A stretch of DNA of 64,000 bases from Lytechinus pictus (taxonomy: Eukaryota): the NCBI RefSeq assembly GCF_037042905.1, contig NC_087245.1, positions 40,736,001 to 40,800,000 of the forward strand, given 5' to 3'. Shown here piece by piece: positions 39,993 to 53,160 of the stretch. How positions within the stretch are numbered: position 1 is the stretch's first letter; each line of letters starts with the position of its first letter. Position numbers and translations under genes: made by a program. Under the pieces are notes generated by a model. The model searched no databases, was not told the DNA's origin, and saw only the letters and a list, made by a program, of their open reading frames with translations.

Positions 39993-40182
39993 GGTTCCAT
40001 GACGATTGCTCCGCGGCTCTAAATTCTACACACTAAAGCGAATTCAACCCTGTGTTAAACATTATACCCTACCCTAAATCCTAAACCTCACATAAAACCC
40101 TATTACAACCCTAACCCTAACCCTACATCTTAGAGGAAATGAAGCCCGGAGCAATTGTCGCCAGAGCAAATGTCGTGTCACC
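39993..40182. mobile_element. Non-autonomous TIR element with internal telomere-like (AACCCT)n (MULE- or Merlin-like)
   Basis: GG termini, imperfect TIR (GGTTCCATGACGATTGCTCCG / GAGCAAATGTCGTGTCACC), TSD ATCTCAAT/ATCTCAAA; related interrupted copy at ~16240-16765. Confidence 0.65.
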
Positions 40183-40268
40183 ATCTCAAATTAGCTCAGT
40201 TTTAAAGTTTAGTCTTGACTTATTTCGAATCTAATTTCTATTATCCCTTTTATCACGATCACTAGTTA

Positions 40269-41493
40269 CACTCTAAAAAAAAGGTTTACCCAATACCGGG
40301 TAAAATAGGAACATGCATTTTTATTTATTTATTTATTTATTTCTGATATTTTGACAGGGTAGCCCATTCACCAATAAGTAGTGGTCTTCCATGGGGCCCT
40401 GAATAACAATAAACATATTTACAAAATGCATAACGTATGTACAGAATGTTACAGCATTAAGCTTCACATTAGGATTTGAATGTAAAACGAAACATTAACA
40501 AACTTAGCAGCAAACAAAATGGACAGAAATCCATTTTGGTTGGGTGACAAGATTTTACGAAATATTTTGTAAATTTTACGCAATGTCGCGTTGAAATAGC
40601 CCAATACACGCATGTTCCCTTTCTGCCCAATATTGGCAAAAATTTCACTCAGTATTTGAAGAGTTTAGTTGCAAAAGGGGTTAGGTCCACTTTGGACCAT
40701 TCCGAGAAAAAACATGTTTTTATTCTCACTTATTGCAATATTCTCATGAGAAACCAAATTGTCATGATGTACTACCCTATCATGTGAACATAAAATTGGG
40801 TATAAAAGAAATCTACCTGTCTTAAATATTTTTTCTCTATATGTAAAAAAAATTATCATTGTGGACCTAACCCCTTTTGCAAGTAAACTGATATAAATCG
40901 AATCTCTTTTGATTAAAAAAGTGATTTTTCTTTGCCACTTCCATTCACGTTTTCATTTGAATCTCAAATTGTCTTTGGTATCATCAGAGTGACTACAAAT
41001 GTAGAGGTTTAGAGACAGAAAACAATAAAATTTATGAAAAATGGACCTAACCCCTTTTGACAAATGAGTTCTTCAGAAGAGTTTAGTTGCAAAAGGGGTT
41101 AGGTCCACTCCAAGAAAATAATTTTTTCAATTCTCCCATATTGCAATATTCTTATGCGAAAATGAATTTCCATGACACCCTACCATGAGAACATAAAATT
41201 GGGTATAAGAGAAATCTACCTGTCTTCATATTTTTAAAGATATTCTTTTCCAAAAAAAATCCGAGTGGACCTAATCCCTTTTGCAACCAAACTGAAATGG
41301 ACCTAACCCCTTTTGAAAAAAAAAAGGGATTTTTCTTTGCCATTTTAGTTCACTTTTTAACAGGAATTTCAACTTTTCTTTGGTAGCATCTTATAGAGCT
41401 ACTAAAAATCTATACATTAAGACATAAAAATCAAATTTGATGAAAAATGGACCTAACCCCTTTTGCAAGTGAGCTCTTCATTTTTAGAATGTG
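40269..41493. mobile_element. CACTCTAAAA-type MITE carrying nested insertions
   Basis: Colinear in reverse with the uninterrupted copy at 43614-43839; interrupted by a LINE-type tail (~40320-40530) and the Sola-like dimer. Confidence 0.7.
40658..41479. mobile_element. Head-to-tail dimer of Sola1-like MITEs (40658-41074 and 41076-41479)
   Basis: Each unit begins GAAGAGTTTAGTTGCAAAAGGGGTTAGGTCCA and ends TGGACCTAACCCCTTTTG...CTTC; 4-bp ATTT (AWWT-type) TSD at 40654-40657 and 41480-41483. Confidence 0.75.
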
Positions 41494-42954
41494 TAACTGG
41501 ATGCATGTTCTGCACAAGTGGCGCTATTTAAAAATCTCTAATCAAAATTGAGCCCATTTACCACATTGTCAAATTTCCAGTTAGCATGGTCGGGCTTTCG
41601 TCCAATACCTACTTGGTCTAACACCCCCTAGTCTATGCATTTAAGTCTGGATGAACCGTTTGAGAATCATATTTTGATGTTACAAAGTGCAAAAAAAAAG
41701 GCGGAATGCAGACGAACAGGATATTATACTAAACATGCTAAATGAGAATTAGACTAAAATTGGTACTAGACCGATGAATGTAGACCTTATAAGGAATAAG
41801 ACCTAAGCGATATAGTAGACCAACTTGTTTAGTCCATGACGTGGTATTTCAATTCAATTCAATTCAATTCTTTATTTCATTTCCATTCAAAACATAATAC
41901 AAAGTACTATACAAAGTAATATAAAGTAATACAAATCAAGTACAATTTTACAGAAGGGCATTCTTACTTCGTAAAAAAAAAAACATTTAAAGGAACCGGC
42001 AGACTTACTAGCCCCACCTCAAGTCCTCAACTACTTATATCTGATCACGGTCATTTCCCATAATGCAGCATTCTGAGCAATGTAGTCTTGCAATAAAGGC
42101 CCGCTAAGATCATAACACATTAATTCACTATACACACATCCATATCCAAATAATTATGTTACCACGTAGAAAATCAAGTACTTTCCTCTCAAAAACATCT
42201 TATTTTCTCGACACAATACTAATTATAAACTAATTTATTGATCTATTTTACTAGCAGATATCTCAAATGGTATATTTCGAGACAAGCTATAACAGTATTC
42301 GTCAGTTTGCCCCCCCCCCCTTAAGGCAAGTAAAGGGCATCCGAGGAATTCATTAAGGATGGTGTCACAACCGTTGTTACCCTCTGCTTTTTCTCCCTCT
42401 TTCTCTTTTTGCTTTCTCGCCCTATAACCCCTTTATAAATATTTTTGAATTTCATACAGAGACAAAAATAGATAAGGTAGACTGTACACAAAAAAATATT
42501 TCATCTCTGCGTACCTTCACTCTATATAGGTCGAAGCTGTATTGATACACAGTCCGCCTGACATAAAATATGAATGTTTTCTTTAAAGACCAATAAAACT
42601 AACCTTAGAAGAATGATATATAACTGTTCGATCCATATTTTGCCATTGTCTTGTTCTCTATTCGACCCTCTGGCATTTGAATCATGACCAACATCATAAC
42701 ATAACAATGTTCAGCACCCTCCCCCATAGAGGCAAATGTCTTGACACCAATAAAGAATGCATATTTTGCTTGTCGAAAGACAACTGACCCAAAATGATGG
42801 AAGGATTTTCATGTTTTGTTTATGTCGAGGGGTTCGGCTGTTGACTGTTGACTATCAATCCCTTCATACTAATGCCCCTTTTGCTTTGACCCCCATCCAC
42901 TTCTCTCTCTCTCTCTTTCTCTCTTTTCTCTCTTTCGTCTTCTGTCACTCTGTA

Positions 42955-43144
42955 CAGGCACGGATCCAGGGGGGCACAGGGGCCCTCTTTTGAAATAGAA
43001 GCCTTTTTTTTTTTTGCCTTGTCAATTTTTTTCGGGTATGAAATATCCTTAATTTGTGGTTGAAAACCTGTTTTTTGGCTTGTCAAAATTTTCCTCCGAA
43101 AAATTTGCCCCCCCCCCTTTTGGAAAATCCTGGATCCGCCCCTG
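42955..43144. mobile_element. hAT-like MITE
   Basis: TIR CAGGCACGGATCCAGG / CCTGGATCCGCCCCTG; perfect 8-bp TSD ACTCTGTA. Confidence 0.9.
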
Positions 43145-43613
43145 ACTCTGTATGTGTCCTATCGCGGTACCTACAATAAAATGAAACATTTTCATTCTAT
43201 CTGTCTGATTCTCGATTCAATGTGACTTTTTCAAAAGAAATCTGTTTCATTGCATTACGAACATGCACCCCAAAACGCAAAAAAATATTGGGTAAAAGTG
43301 CTCCATGAGGGTAATTATGGTTCCAACCAACATTGGACATTTTTATTTATGCAATGTGATGAAAATTTCCCAATTATAAAGCAATAGCTGCTTATTTTTG
43401 TTAAATCTTACTGGACAATATGCTTCCGCATTGGGTAAAATACTGCCCCAAATTGGTTGGACACATAATTACCCTCGTGGTGGTAAAAATTTTACCCAAT
43501 ATTTTTTACTTTCCGGGATCATGTATTTTTAAAATAAAAATGCTTAAAGATGATTCACGATTCTCAGAAAGTAGATATCATAAGATATAGACTGTGTTTC
43601 ATTAATTATCTTA

Positions 43614-43839
43614 CAATCTAAAAAAAAAGGACTGAGTAAAATTAAACCCAATATTGGGTAGAAAGGGAACATGCATGTTTGTTGGGTAATTTTTCCTCCA
43701 TATTGGGCAAAATGCATATTTTAAGGCTAAATTTCAACGCAACATTGCGTAAAATTTACACCGTATTTGGTATCATTTTACCCAGCAAACATACATGTTC
43801 CCATTTTACCCAATATTGGGTAAACTTTTTTTTAGAGTG
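43614..43839. mobile_element. CACTCTAAAA-type MITE
   Basis: Ends CAATCTAAAAA / TTTTTAGAGTG, internal inverted ACCCAATATTGGGTA...GGGAACATG. Confidence 0.7.
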
Positions 43840-45267
43840 AACCATATATAAAATCTAGATTTTCTGATTCCACTGGAATATTGACAGAAAAGTGGAGATA
43901 ATAATGAATAAAATCAAAGTGTTTTGTCTGAGAACAGATAAAAAAAACTAACTTTAAAAGACAGGTACGTTTGGAATGAGAGGAGTTTAAGGTATAGAAT
44001 ACATGTATAGTATGTACTTTGTTTCATTTTGTAAATATTTGACCATCATGATGTTGATTTTTTTTTCAACTTTGAATATATGCTTTATTTCAATAATATA
44101 GTATCTTGAGAAATGTAGAATGATATTTGTAAAATGAGCAATGATAACAATGTTTGATAAAAAAACATAAAATTAAACGTTGAAATCAAAATATGATTTC
44201 CTCTTTTATCATCCCTCAAATTTCTTAAGACTGTCATTCGAAGTCATTCGGAGTTTAAAGAACGGGTATGGGTCGGTGATACCTTCTTAAATCCTTCATC
44301 CTGTATGTCCTAGGGGCAAGCAAATGTTGAGATTGGGTCAAGTTACTCCAAAGGAATAACCTTGAACTTGACCATGTGATGATGAAGCCGGGGAGTGATT
44401 TGCGATGTTTTTATTTCATTATTTACATCTCTGTGCCCTCAAGCTAGAGAAGTTATAAACTTTAGTCAGAGATTTCAAAGAGAACGGGTCATTGGCTCTC
44501 GACTCATCTAACATGAAACCATTTAATCAAATTAGGGGACAGGAATCGTTTACCGGGGGACTTCGTTTCAACGTTGAATCATGGTGGGGCAGGTGATCTG
44601 GTGTTGGTGTTTGGAGGGGCGGGGCTAAGGGCGATTCCTGTGGCTATTACCTCTTTAAAAGAAGTATATCTATTTTAAACTCCATAAACGCCATTCTTGC
44701 AAAGTGAAATAGTTTATCCGTGTTGGGATGATGAATGTACTAATCAGCGATGAGTAATGAATCAAATATGAAATTTTATGATTTGGGAAGGTCAATTTAC
44801 TTTTTTCCACCGCCCCCCCCCCCCCTGTCATATGGCTACGCCCCTGTTCGTTACACAAAATAAACGACCACTGCAACGCACTAATGCAATTTTTGCAATC
44901 ATCTGAGCATTCAATAAATCAAGTAAATAGAGAAGGATTTTTACGTTCATCTCCGATGTCGAGAATCACACGAAGTTTAGGATCAGATTTGGTATTAGAA
45001 ACTGCCAAGTGAAAGTTTACTACAGACTGTGTCATCACTTCTTCTCTTAAGGGGCAGTCATTATGATGGTTCCAAATGAAAAGATTTTGAAGAGGTGTCT
45101 CTACCGTTATTCATTTATTTATTTATCTATTTGTTCTACTTCTTTTTTCTTTAATTTCTTTTAGGGGGTATTCATTAATTACGTTTTAACGTCTTTTTGG
45201 TTGACGTTATTGCAATCATCATCATGTTCATTGTTATAGCTATCACTAGCATCATCATCACCATCAT

Positions 45268-45595
45268 AATAATATAAGAATAATCCGCTTTTATATAGCG
45301 CTTAATACATGGGAACGACGTGTCTAAGCGCTGTACAGATATATTATTACCCCGGTCATCGGATTCTTTCAGTCATTCCCGCACACAATGTGTGCACATC
45401 CTCCACTCCCTGGGGAGTACTGGACTAGCTACAATGACTTTCACATCCTACCGGGTATCCATTTAGCACCTGGGTCGAGAGTGACAAAGTTTGGATTAAC
45501 GCCTTGCCAAAGGACGCCAGACCGCGGTGGGATTCGAACACACGACCCTCTGTTTACAAGGCGAGAGTCAGAACCACTACACCTCGGCTCCTCCA
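45268..45595 (-). mobile_element. tRNA-derived SINE with L2-like tail
   Basis: Minus strand AGGTGTAGTGG (A box), GTTCGAATCCC (B box), core CTCGACCCAGGTGCTAAATGGATACC, tail AGCGCTATATAAAAGCGG(ATT)n. Confidence 0.85.
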
Positions 45596-45599
45596 CACC

Positions 45600-46075
45600 A
45601 TTCTCACCATCAACATTATCATCGTCGTCGTCACGACCGCCATCGTCATCATTACCACCACCAACCCCATCATCAACACTACCGTCATCAAGATCATAAT
45701 TACCACGACCAACCAACATCATTATCATGGCCACAATTATTGATGTTGTTCTAAATCAACACCACCCCACCACCATCACCACCACCACCACCACCATCAT
45801 CACCACCACTACCATGTTCACCACTACCATAACAACCACCACCACCACCACTACCATCACCACCAACACCATCACAACCACCACTACCATCACCACCACC
45901 ACTACCTACACCACCACTACCATCACAACCACCACTACCATAACAACCACCACCACCACCACTACCATCACCACCACCACTACCATCACCACCAACACCA
46001 TCACAACCACCACTACCATCACCACCACCACTACCTACACCACCACTACCATAACAACCACCACTATTACCATTC
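45600..46075 (+). repeat. (ACC/ATC)n degenerate trinucleotide microsatellite
   Basis: Direct reading; source of the poly-Thr ORF. Confidence 0.9.
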
Positions 46076-49000
46076 TCACATCACAAATTGCATTTTGATC
46101 ATCATTACTTTTTTACTTATTAAAACTTTTTAAAAATGATTTGTCCACTTCTTTGATGTATATTATGACACATCGCACTTTATTCCAGTCCATTCTTAAG
46201 AAGCGAAAATTAACTGTTAGAATTATTAAATCATTATCATTGTGAACATCATCAGCAACAACGTTTCCCCCATAAATATCGTCATCATAACCACAGTGGC
46301 AGCTATTACACAAGTCATATAACCACACCATATCAACTTATCACAAAAGCTTGTTTTATGGGACACCGTGTACCGCCCGTGACAATGATCACCGTGATCA
46401 TAATGTTACGTGAGATCATATTCCATTTGCACGTTTTCTTGTTAAAATGCTCACTTTAAATCGAATGTTCCTGACCTTCCCATAAACATGTTTATGTCTG
46501 GTGGTATTAAGACATAAATCAGACGTATGCCTACCCTATACCGATAGCGTGCAAAGTTTGAGTTGAAAAGTATAATCCCCTTAATCATGTTAATGGTTCA
46601 CATAAAAGCAAAAATCAATAAAAAATCTATTATAAAGCTTAATCACACGAAACAGTTATATGCGGGACACGGTTGATATGCAGGTAAGAGATCAGACAAT
46701 GCCACAATTTCACTATATATATATATGTATCTTGTATTTCATTATAGAGCTATTCAATATGGAATACGACTAGATCACTCGACAAGTGGAACGGATAGAT
46801 AATTCATTGAGTGAATAAAACAAAAATATTTTAGTAGAGATCATGAAGATGTGTTTCTATTGCTGGAAAATTCCCTCATCTATAACTGTAGCAATCATCC
46901 ACCTATTGTAATACCTATTACCCACTGTCACAATTCGCTCCACGATTTAAAAGGCGGTCTTACTCGTGGAGTAATCGTAGTAATCGTATCAGATCGTGTC
47001 AGGTCGGTCGTGGCACGTATTGATCGTAGAAAATTGATTGGTTCCAGATTTTCGTGATCATTTAGGAAGGGCCAATCGCGGTGTTCGTAAGCGATCTCAC
47101 GACGAGGTATGAATAAAAAAATATGTTACTTCTTGGATAATTGGCTAACATGGCTAAGGTTTAAATACGCTCCCAAAATTGTCACATTTTAATTTTCATG
47201 GCCGATTTTTCCGGTGGCTTCGCTTGCTTTTTAGATACAGGAGTTGTTATGATGTCACGAGAAGGGACTATTATTGTCATCCACAACAAAGGACAGGTAA
47301 TAACAGGAGTGTGTGTTCAAGGGCGTTATCTCGAGGGGTTCTTCCATCTTAAAGCTCTACCCAATAGTTTTTTGGAAAGAAATATCAAAACATTAACAGC
47401 TTTTTTTTTCTGAACAGGAATCTCGGTGAGATGAAGACCTATTGTAACTATAGGCGTGGGATTAGTTTGACCGAAATGATGTAGCCAGGAGCGATAATCT
47501 CTCATTGATGTCAGGATTTAAAAAAAAATGTTTTAAACGGCTGGTATGGGATGTCACGGCCTAGTGAAAATTAATTTGACCTAAATACGGCGCGAAAAAA
47601 ATAATAAATTTAACCGAATGAAGCTACGACATGAATTTGAATTATTCATTTTAGATTTAGATTTAGATTTTAGAGATTTAAATTTTAACAATTTGTCATT
47701 GTTACAAGCCACAAATTTATTTTTTTCTTCCTGTTCTAGGGGCAAAAACAAGTAAAATGTTCAAGAGTCCACAGTTATAAGCGAGTGAGCAAAGCGACCA
47801 ATTTTGACTTTGAATTAGATTGTTCATACTTTGGGTGTAATTTGTAATTTTGTGAGAATACGCAGGAAAAGAATGGGTTTTGAAAGTTTCAGAAGCCGTA
47901 ATCAACCCCCCCCCCCAAATATATATCATATAGGTTTTTGGAGTGTGGAATGTCTATTTTCCCTTAACTTTCAACGTGCAATGGTGTAATGAGCCAGAAA
48001 TTTGGAGGGGGCCAGACAAGGTGAATAGGGCATAATTTTCTTAACTTAATATCTAATTTTATGATAGATCTTGACATAAGATTCTGAAAATAATTTCATC
48101 CTTTTCTCCTTCTTTTCCTTTCTTTTAATTTCTCCTTTTTTCTTGGTAGTGAACATTTTGGGGGCTCTGTGGCCCCAAGCACCCCCACATTGTGTACGCT
48201 CAGTGTTAACACTAATCATGCGAGGTTGATAATAGCAAAGTGAGGTGGGTTTCATGTTAAGTTCAATTGCTCAAGTTTTATACTTATTTGGTTTTTGTTC
48301 GTCATAGAGCGAAGTCAATTAATGGTTAGACCTATACTTCCAGCTCATTTGCTAATTTCAAGGGTGTCTATTTTTTCTCATGGTTGTGAGGTTTGTTATA
48401 TGCAAAGCCGAATTAAAGAGCTGTGCTCGTGGGCCCCTGAAACACATTCAGGTGGTCATTGTTATATTTTCGTACCATGTTTGATCAGAAAAAATGGGGG
48501 CTGAAGCCCCTCCCCCCCCCCCTTTGTTCCACGGCCCCTGGAATATACTTAGTGTGATTCCTCGCTTCGGCGCAAGGACGCCCTTATAAACCACTTGTTA
48601 TAATGTTTCTCATCACTCTACATTCCCCGGGCTATGTTTATTGGAATGAAATTGAAATGATAACATGCAACATTACTTGTTTGGAGTTAATGAAACCTAA
48701 AATGGATAGTATCGCCGAAAGTTTTGAATAGAGCATTCCTCCCTCTTTTCTCTTCAAGCATTCCCCCTTCTTACTAAATAATCAGGACCACTTCGGGGGA
48801 CAAGGAAAGCGATGCTAATTGCTCGTAGGGGGACAGATTTCCGATGCTTACATGTTGCCGCTGAGACGATCCCGTCATCGGATTTTCAATCTTTACCATG
48901 GGGCCAGGCCCGGGGATGATGAAGCCCAAGAAATGCTCACATTAAGGAGAGTACAAAAGTAAATGTCCCAAACGTTCACGTAAGCAATTCATTCCGTGAG

Positions 49001-49639
49001 TGGGCGAATCAAAGGTTTTTATTGATAAAAATAGAAGCACTATAATATGTTTTCATTTAATGGAGCTATTTTGATCGAAAGAGTGACCTTCTTTTTAGAA
49101 ATTTTAAGCGAGGCTGACTTAGATTTTTGTTATCATGATGTGTGTTGGTGCAACATGGTTTTAACCAAATGGGTGGGGCACATAGATTACGTAGGACTAA
49201 ATACATACATAAAACATGCAAATACATTTTTTTTAAACTTTACACGTCATTCACTTATTCATATTTTTTTCACGAACTCAGGCGTATCAGTGCAAATTCT
49301 TCATCTGAAATTTATGCAATTTACTGTACTCTGGATGACTACGGTGTATCAAAAATGAGAGATAAATTCCAACAAAATCATAATTGAATGGAATCTATTT
49401 CAGTTCAAGACAGTGATGGTGGATAAACGCTGAATCGAACTGGATCAGGATGCCGACGGCGATGACGATGACAAATCACGCTAGGTCGAAAAATGATGAT
49501 GCTGATACGGCGGTGCTGTTGCTTGTGTAAGTTGTGTCTAAGTTGACTGACCATTGCTTTCTCAAATTCAAATCGTTTTAACATTACCACATATATTTGA
49601 TTCTAGCAGACAGCAGTTCTTCATAGAAAAAAAAAACAC

Positions 49640-50570
49640 AACCACCCCTCCCCCTTGCATTCTCAAAGGCAAATCATTTCAAAATTACCAAAGATATTTG
49701 GTTCTAGCAGATAGCAATTCTTCATTAAAAAGACATGAACATTACCACCCCCCCCCCCTCTCTCTCTCTCTTTCTCTCACTCTCTCCCAGCAAACTCGTC
49801 AGTCGTCATATACAACTCGGATCGGCCTCAACAGGAACGCCTATACGAATCCGGCTCCAAACCGATTGATGGAATGGCATTGAAAATGCCAAACTAGATT
49901 TGGTCGGTTTCACACTCAAATTTCCGTTCCAGGGCATAGCATTTTCATCTTATTGAGAAAAAAGAAGAAAGAAATCCGCTCCAAAGCTTCGCATATTTTT
50001 CGTTACGCCGTTCCGGTCGCATTGATCCGCCACGATGAGCTGCAATTTTGGTGAAAAGCGGCCGCAGAGCGCTGTCCGACCATCGCCTCTGCGCGAGCGC
50101 ACCCGGCGCCCGTGCCGCTGGGCTAACTGCATACACGTATGCCCGTTCCATAGGGATGCACACGCAGGCGACCCGTTCCAAGGACCCCCGTTTTCACAAA
50201 CATTTGTAGTTCCGAAGCCCGTTCCGAGGACCCTCCTTTTTACAATAAGTCCGCTCCAAGGCCCCCGGTTTTTGTCTCGCCCGCGGCACATACCTACCAC
50301 TTTTTTGGTCGAGTACCCCCCCCCCCCGGGAACCACCCCTCCCCCTTGCATTCTCAAAGTCAAATCATTTCAAAATTACCAAAGATATTTGGTTCTAGCA
50401 GATAGCAATTCTTCATTAAAAAGACATGAACATAACCACCCCTTCTCTCTCTTTCTCGTCAGTCGTCATATACAACTCGGATCGGCCTCAACAGGAACGC
50501 CTATACGAATCCGACTCCAAACCGATTGATGGAATGGCATTGAAAATGCCAAACTAGATTTGGTCGGTTT
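49640..50570 (+). repeat. Local direct duplication (49640-49910 and 50331-50570)
   Basis: Two near-identical blocks differing by a few substitutions and a ~30-bp indel at a C/CT tract. Confidence 0.9.
49911..50330. mobile_element. One-ended GC-rich DNA transposon fragment (terminus GAGTAC(C)nGGG)
   Basis: Right terminus TCGAGTACCCCCCCCCCCCGGG; no matching left terminus; bracketed by duplicated host sequence. Confidence 0.6.
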
Positions 50571-52999
50571 GGATTCGGTTTCGTTGGCGTGACTGTAACC
50601 GGCATAACCGGTCGATCTTGTATTTCTCTTGAAGTTCACTGACTTTCCTCCGCATTTGGGGACACTATACAAGCTGGAAGAAAAAGAAATAATCAAACAA
50701 GAACACCATTGTCACCGTGTTCTAGCTTTGTATATATCCGCTCTAATTCATACCAAACAGTGAAAGGGGTTTGGTGGATATAATATCCTCTCTCCTTGGA
50801 TGGTTAGAATAGATGGTTTATTTCTAGAGAATTGGTTTACAACAATCAACGGATTGGGTTGCAGGGCTCTCCGTTCATGTTCAAGTTTGAAAAACAGCTG
50901 CTTTCCTACTCCATCGTCTCTACGATGAGTTGTGATTTCATTTGATTTTGATTTTATTTATTTCTGCATTCACATCAGTATCAGAATTACAAAGTACATA
51001 TATACAATATACAAAGGTAATACATATAGCAAAATAATAATAGTCGTATAGTATAAATAGTGTAAATAAATATCAACAAGATGTATTACACATTTTTCAA
51101 AACAAGAATGTTCAAAGGAATGCAGGAGACCGCCATCGTGATCACTGGAGTATAGATGGGGGTGGGGCCATAGACCCCCAAACTTTTCACAACCATGAAA
51201 AAAAAAAAAAAAGGAAAGGAGAGGAAATCAGTGGTGAGAAATATGACATTTTCTGAATATTAAGTCCAAATCTGTCCCAAATTTAGTTTGTTTTGTTGGT
51301 ATTAAAAATGTCAAACTTTTTGCTCGCTCGCAGGTTTATAGAAAATTTGCCCCATACGCCATTTCAGGCCCCTTCGAATAGTTTGGCTCACAGTACGCAA
51401 CTGGTTGTGGTCTCAGAGTTTCATCAACCAGCACTGGACGGTACAGGTTCGTGATCCGAGTCCTTTTTTGGCAAAACAAGCTTTTTGCAAAGTTGTCATT
51501 ACTTATATAGATAATGTCATGAAATTTACTCTTCCATCTAAGTCTGTCTTAATAATTTGTTTTTCACCTTCCGAATATTTTGAAATTTGCATGTAGGTAC
51601 GACAAAGAAGAGTGGTTTGTTCATAACGTAATAACTTTTTTCACATTGCTGTCTTTTGCTTATAACAATGTTTTGCGAACAAATGAAGTTATGACTGTGT
51701 TCGCGTCAAAGAGATGATCGGATCGGAGGCTTTAGTGCTCCACGAGTAACGAGTATTTAGTGAATTCGTTACTTATGTCCGTTTTTCAGTAGAGTTGAGA
51801 TGTGTTTGATCTCGTTTGATCTAGCACGCATCTTTTGTAGAGCTACGGTTTTAGGGCTGAAATCAGTAGTTTGGTATACTGTTTACTGGGAATTCACTAC
51901 TGTATTTTAAACGGCTCCTTAAATGCCAAACAGTTTTTGAAATATCGAATGGATCGTATTTACAATATTTCTTTAAATCTCTAAACTCGGAGGAATGGAC
52001 ACGCGTTTTTCGTGTCAGAGCTGATCAGCCGAGTCATTCACAAAAAAGCTAAGCGCGAGCGTGTTAACACCTTTAGATGATACCACACGATGGGTAAAAG
52101 TGTAAATTATCCCACGAGAATTTGACTGGTGTGGGACTATGATAATGCGCAAGGTGGTTGGTGGGAGCTCGCGGAGGCTGGATGAGGAGCAATTACCCGC
52201 CGGGATCTTGCGTGTTGGGACCCCAGTGCTCGGGAGAGTTATTATTTCCACGTCCTCCCGGGGTCCCAACACCATCGCTCATGGTGAATTACGGGGGCAT
52301 TACGGGGTGTTAAGATGAGACGAAAAGTTGAAACAAATTGATTGATTACGGGTTTGTGGCAAATCACAGCGGCTCATCGTTATCGAACGTGGGGCTCCTG
52401 ACGGGGGACAAGTGGCAGGAGAGGGGGGTGATGAGGGGGTAAGAAGGAGGGGGCTTAATTAGATGGGACGGGTAGGTTACTGGGGTGTGAGAGGCCATCG
52501 TGATGGTAACACGCGAGGAGGAGGGGAGTGGTGGTGGTGGTGGTGGTGGTGGAAGAGGAACTGATGGTGGTAGTTGGCGGAGGTGTCGCTGGTGCACATC
52601 AGGTAAACAACCCGTTTCCATGGTAACATTTCTTAAAGTTTGAGGATGCAAATGATTACGACCTTATCATGAAAGGTGGTGAATGGAATGTGAGAAGGAG
52701 GAGGGGATGAAAAAGTGAGAGGAATGGCGAAATAGATTATCAGAAACAAAAAAGACCTACATTGTCCTGGTATCAAAAAGACTAATGTTCAGGAAAACTG
52801 TCCTCTAAACAAGAAATCACGAGGAATAATTACAAAACATTGTATACATATGCAGTAAATGTTCTTACCCTTATTCCTTCAAGGCCTAACACTCTGATTG
52901 CTTTCTGAAAACTTTCAGGCCGATAAGGCGGGTTCCGAGACCTGTCCGTATATTAGGATCACTTTCATAACATTATCAGGAGGCTGTACATTGGTACAT

Positions 53000-53160
53000 T
53001 GTTATTATTATGGTGATGATGATGATGATTATGATTGTTATTATTATCATTAACATTATTATTATTATCATGATTTTTATAAATATTATCATTATTATTA
53101 TAATTATTATTATTATTATGATTATCATTAATAATAATATTTTCATAATTTTCATCATTT
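53000..53160 (+). repeat. (ATT/ATG)n microsatellite
   Basis: Direct reading. Confidence 0.9.

Noticed and set aside
45727..46098. Mucin-like poly-Thr ORF
   Set aside because: (ACC)n microsatellite with no convincing signal peptide or splice context.
52364..52651. 95-aa proline-rich minus-strand ORF
   Set aside because: Poly-Pro comes from a short (GGT)n run and VTMET is simply the X-box; no domain or clear splice sites.
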